A DNA stretch of 64,000 nt from an uncultured Proteiniphilum sp. (GTDB lineage Bacteria; Bacteroidota; Bacteroidia; Bacteroidales; Dysgonomonadaceae), in contig CAYFUQ010000005.1 of assembly GCA_964346415.1 (NCBI GenBank), positions 1,720-65,719 of the forward strand. Reading direction: 5' to 3'. Numbering within the stretch: position 1 is the first letter of the stretch; every line of letters begins with the position of its first letter. The translations under genes and the position numbers were made by a program. The notes below the pieces were generated by a model. It was not told the origin of the DNA. It did no database searches and saw nothing but the letters and a program-made list of their open reading frames with translations. Below are positions 60,771-64,000 of this stretch, in pieces.

Positions 60771-62051
60771 TCATCTCACTTTATGATTTTCAATAATATT
60801 CTTATAAATATTAATGTATTGCTCAATTGTTTCTTTCGTTTGATGCCTCACCATAGCGATTCTTTTTGCGTTGTTGCTGAGTTTAATTGCAAGATTATCG
60901 TCAGAGAATATTCTGTCAATTTGATGTGCCATCATTACATGATCGTCTGTTGGAAACACTAATGTACTAATCTCATTTTGAACGATTGAAAGAACCCCTC
61001 CAACAGGTGATACTGCTGTTGGTGTGCCAATTAGCATGGCCTCACCAAGGGAGTTAGGACTGTTTTCAAGAAAAGAAGGTAGAACAAAGACGTGTGCCTT
61101 TTTGAATTCTTCAGCCATTTGGGCAGCTGTTAGGCTTTGCTTTAATTCAATATTGTCCTCTAGTTTTTGTACTTTAATCTCTTTCTTGATATAGTTGTTG
61201 TAGTCTTCTGAAAACAAATGGTCCGCAATCTTAGATCTTTCTTGTTTTACAGATGAAAGGGGTGTGATAATCTTTATATCCGGATACTTACTTTTGAGAA
61301 TTCCAACAGCTTTTAATAATACATGAAAGCCTTTAAGTGCATATGCAGATGAGGATATAAAAATGCGATTACGTTCACATGTTTTGATATCCCAATTGGT
61401 GTCGTAGAACTGAGGTCTTAAAATTTCCTCGCCATGAAAATATTTAGCTTCAGAATTATAAGTTGTAGCATAAGCCATATCCCATTGAGTCCTTCCAATA
61501 AAATATTGATTAATTTGGAATACCTCTTTCTCTATGGGAGTATATTTACTCCATTTTCTTAAGGCACCATTAACTCCGCCCCTGCCAAGAAGATTTTTTA
61601 TTGATCTGTATCTCTTATAGTTGATATTTGCAACACTCTGTTTTAGAAAGTGGTGGCATGGTGGAATTATGCCTTGAACGGAACATACAATGGGTATGTT
61701 TTTGTCCACGTATTTACGTAAAAGTCCAAAGTTAATTTCTGTTCCATGAATGTGAATTATGTCAGGATTAAATTTATTTATAACAGTGAGATACTTTGCA
61801 GCTAATTTGGTATCAATGTTTTTTGTTGTGTCATTTTTATTGATGGGGATTATGTAATGAGGAGAGTCTTTGACATACAACTCTTGAAACTTTCCATCTA
61901 TTACAGGTGTTAGTGTGGCAAGTTTAATGTCATCATGTCCAACAATATTGTTGAACAGAGGCTCAATCCATGGTCTGCCGGTTGAATATTTACCTTTGAC
62001 AAGTGTTGTGATAGAGCTAAATATGTCATTTGTTATCCATAGAACTCTCAT
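60771..62051 (-). CDS. GT4-family glycosyltransferase
   Basis: 426 aa. MRVLWITND start and EX7E motif ENSPNSLGEAM. Confidence 0.8.
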   Translation of the reverse strand: MRVLWITNDIFSSITTLVKGKYSTGRPWIEPLFNNIVGHDDIKLATLTPVIDGKFQELYVKDSPHYIIPINKNDTTKNIDTKLAAKYLTVINKFNPDIIHIHGTEINFGLLRKYVDKNIPIVCSVQGIIPPCHHFLKQSVANINYKRYRSIKNLLGRGGVNGALRKWSKYTPIEKEVFQINQYFIGRTQWDMAYATTYNSEAKYFHGEEILRPQFYDTNWDIKTCERNRIFISSSAYALKGFHVLLKAVGILKSKYPDIKIITPLSSVKQERSKIADHLFSEDYNNYIKKEIKVQKLEDNIELKQSLTAAQMAEEFKKAHVFVLPSFLENSPNSLGEAMLIGTPTAVSPVGGVLSIVQNEISTLVFPTDDHVMMAHQIDRIFSDDNLAIKLSNNAKRIAMVRHQTKETIEQYINIYKNIIENHKVR

Positions 62052-62071
62052 GATGTTTGCATATTAAATGT

Positions 62072-62992
62072 TTAAACTTTTATTCCATTAAATCTCAGAT
62101 GCCAATAAAACAAACTGAGCTTTCTTAGGAATCTTTCTCCTTTATGACCATTAATTCCTTTAAATTTAAATCTTATCCAGTTTTCATAATGAACTGACAA
62201 GTCAATCGGATTAAAAGGTGATAAATACTTTACTCGGTAATTTCTGTAGACTTTGTATGCTTCTTTTTCCCTTTTATGCTCTAACTTGTTACATCTGGAT
62301 GTTGCTTTTTTGTGTATTCTATACTTTACCGTTGGCTTATTTAGATAGTGGATTTTTACTCCAGCATCTAGTAGAGAAAAAATAATTGTAGTGTCTTCAA
62401 AAATTTTAAAATCATCACGTGAGCAAAATGTGTTGTTATTCATCAGTTCCCTTTTATAGAAGAAGCTGGGCGTATTCAAAAATGCTGGCCAGCGCGCATA
62501 AGCTTTCAGCTGTTGATGTTTATTTCCCTGATTTTTCAGAAAATATTGGAGACCTTTATTCTCAGGACTTGATCTGATAACATTACTTTTAGCATCTATT
62601 TCTACGAGTTCAGAAATAATAAATGATATATCTGGATGTTCAATGATTGTCTTGATGTTGTCTTTAATGCAGTTGTGCAGTAAAATGTCATCTCCGGCAA
62701 TAAACTTAATCCAATCACCTCTTGCTTTGCTAAGTCCCCTTTCACAATTAGCCGGAATACCCGTATTGTGACTTGAACCTAAAATAGCTATTTGTGTAAA
62801 TCGTTCTTGATTGTCTTTAACCCATTCAGTAACAATTTGGAATGTTCCGTCTGTTGAGGCATCGTCACTTACTATTAATTCAATATTATCCCATGACTGT
62901 GCCTTCACACTTTCAAGAGTTTCAAGAATATAGTCGCTGCTCTGATATGAGATAACTATCACTGACACTAATGGATTGTAAGATGTACTCAT
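62072..62992 (-). CDS. GT2-family glycosyltransferase
   Basis: 306 aa. VSVIVISYQS......SV..Q.....ELIVSDDASTDGT and AGDD motifs. Confidence 0.85.
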   Translation of the reverse strand: MSTSYNPLVSVIVISYQSSDYILETLESVKAQSWDNIELIVSDDASTDGTFQIVTEWVKDNQERFTQIAILGSSHNTGIPANCERGLSKARGDWIKFIAGDDILLHNCIKDNIKTIIEHPDISFIISELVEIDAKSNVIRSSPENKGLQYFLKNQGNKHQQLKAYARWPAFLNTPSFFYKRELMNNNTFCSRDDFKIFEDTTIIFSLLDAGVKIHYLNKPTVKYRIHKKATSRCNKLEHKREKEAYKVYRNYRVKYLSPFNPIDLSVHYENWIRFKFKGINGHKGERFLRKLSLFYWHLRFNGIKV

Positions 62993-62996
62993 AATT

Positions 62997-64000
62997 TTAT
63001 TTTTTTGAAAACCTTTCTTTAAAAGATTTTATTAGTTCCTTTAACCCAATCAAATGGTTTAGTTGTTTATATGTATACCAGAAAGACATTAAAATAAACG
63101 GTGTCCCTATAAGAAAATTAATAGGCTCATCTATGATATATATTAAGAGTGAGCATATAGCTGCAAGAGAAAATTGAATTGAGAAAATCTTTATAAATGA
63201 GCTTGTAAATGTGAACTTGTATCTGATGTAAGTTAGTCCGAAAATTTGAAAAGTATATAATATGTATGATAACATGTAAGTAAATCCAATTCCTGAAAGT
63301 CCCCATAAATGATAGCCCAATATATTTAGAGCTAAAGTATATGAGTTGGTTATTAATTCATTCCAGAAGAAAACTTTACTTTCCCCTTTTGCTAATAAAA
63401 CAATTGCAATTGCCCAACTGGTCGTCCTGAAATACACTCCTAATGCAGCCCATTGTAGCATATTGTTAATAACTAAAAACTCTCTGCTGTATAATATAAT
63501 GATTGCCCATTTCACAAACACAATAAACAAAATGAGAATAGGCGATAGAATAAGAATGGCAATTTCTGTTTGCTGATTTATTGTAAGGCGCGATGCTTTG
63601 TCATTTTTAGCTATTGCTGAAAGCCTTGGATAATAGTCAGAATCGAATGCTTTAAAGATCATGGACACATAGGTGTTGATAATCGCAAACCCTGCTGTAT
63701 AAAAGCCGATATCTGATATGCTGCCCGTGCGGGTAATATATATTCTGATAAAATATGACATAACCACTGCTATCAGTCCGGTTAGACTTATCAAAAAACC
63801 CATAACCATCATGTCCTTACCTTCTATCCTTAGTTGTTTCCCGGTTATTCTTGTTTTCTCTATTCCCAAGTTTCGTGAGAAGAACCATGAAAAAAACAGG
63901 CTGAATAATGCAGTTAAAATAATTACGGGGACAATACCGCGAATGCCCATAAAGTAATATAAAGGCACAGTTACGATTAAACCACTAAAGCTGCCCATGA
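62997..64000 (-). CDS. wzx: Wzx-type oligosaccharide flippase (MOP superfamily), N-terminus beyond the window edge
   Basis: At least 333 aa of continuous TM helices with no upstream stop before the window end. Typical flippases are about 450-500 aa, so the Met at 63998 is probably internal. Confidence 0.7.
   Translation of the reverse strand, partial: MGSFSGLIVTVPLYYFMGIRGIVPVIILTALFSLFFSWFFSRNLGIEKTRITGKQLRIEGKDMMVMGFLISLTGLIAVVMSYFIRIYITRTGSISDIGFYTAGFAIINTYVSMIFKAFDSDYYPRLSAIAKNDKASRLTINQQTEIAILILSPILILFIVFVKWAIIILYSREFLVINNMLQWAALGVYFRTTSWAIAIVLLAKGESKVFFWNELITNSYTLALNILGYHLWGLSGIGFTYMLSYILYTFQIFGLTYIRYKFTFTSSFIKIFSIQFSLAAICSLLIYIIDEPINFLIGTPFILMSFWYTYKQLNHLIGLKELIKSFKERFSKK

Noticed and set aside
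1-64000. Search for CRISPR arrays, tRNA/rRNA genes, transposases, integrases, phage genes, and defence or toxin systems
   Set aside because: No spaced direct-repeat array and no cloverleaf-like tRNA segments are present in the few non-coding gaps. No ORF shows recombinase, nuclease-helicase, restriction-modification, Abi or toxin motifs. Every ORF over 150 aa that is not a shadow ORF was assigned to translation, housekeeping, pectin degradation or glycan synthesis.

Overview
This is a Bacteroidota (Bacteroidales-like) chromosomal segment. That placement rests on four things: a SusC/SusD plus hybrid two-component PUL, a fused str-S10-spc-alpha ribosomal superoperon lacking tuf and adk, A-rich leaders without Shine-Dalgarno sequences, and a TTG-N20-TAnnTTTG promoter-like motif. 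Layout: (1) 0.3-4.5 kb holds housekeeping genes: udk, argR, a lipoprotein and an Smr-domain protein on the minus strand, and queA on the plus strand. (2) 4.7-23.1 kb holds a 33-gene translation operon, rpsL to rplQ, with fusA, secY, map, infA and rpoA. rpmD (16757-16933) and rpmJ (19854-19970) fall below the ORF-track length cutoff and were found by hand translation. (3) 23.3-25.4 kb holds a type II NADH dehydrogenase and a DUF4230-like membrane protein. (4) 25.4-49.2 kb is a pectin (homogalacturonan/RG-I) polysaccharide utilisation locus. It contains an HTCS regulator, SusC, SusD, a beta-helix surface lipoprotein, CE7, GH28, CE12, GH105, a PL1-CE8 fusion, PL1, GH43 and an alpha/beta-hydrolase-CE8 fusion. 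(5) 49.4-50.2 kb holds a GNAT acetyltransferase followed by a decayed tandem paralogue. (6) 50.3-64.0 kb is a minus-strand, visibly AT-richer Wzx/Wzy-type glycan (O-antigen or capsule) locus with gmd-fcl that runs off the window edge. I saw no rRNA, tRNA, CRISPR array, transposase or integrase, toxin-antitoxin pair or recognisable defence gene. I could not identify a convincing wholly new system. The best candidates for undescribed biology are two. One is an unassignable 292-aa protein translationally coupled to a Gfo/Idh/MocA dehydrogenase and a GT26 transferase. The other is a FemAB-like acyl/aminoacyl-transferase-fold protein inside the glycan locus. Lower-interest items are the two CE8 fusion enzymes and several structured spacers inside the ribosomal operon. 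All functional calls come from motif and sequence recognition by eye. No database search was run.
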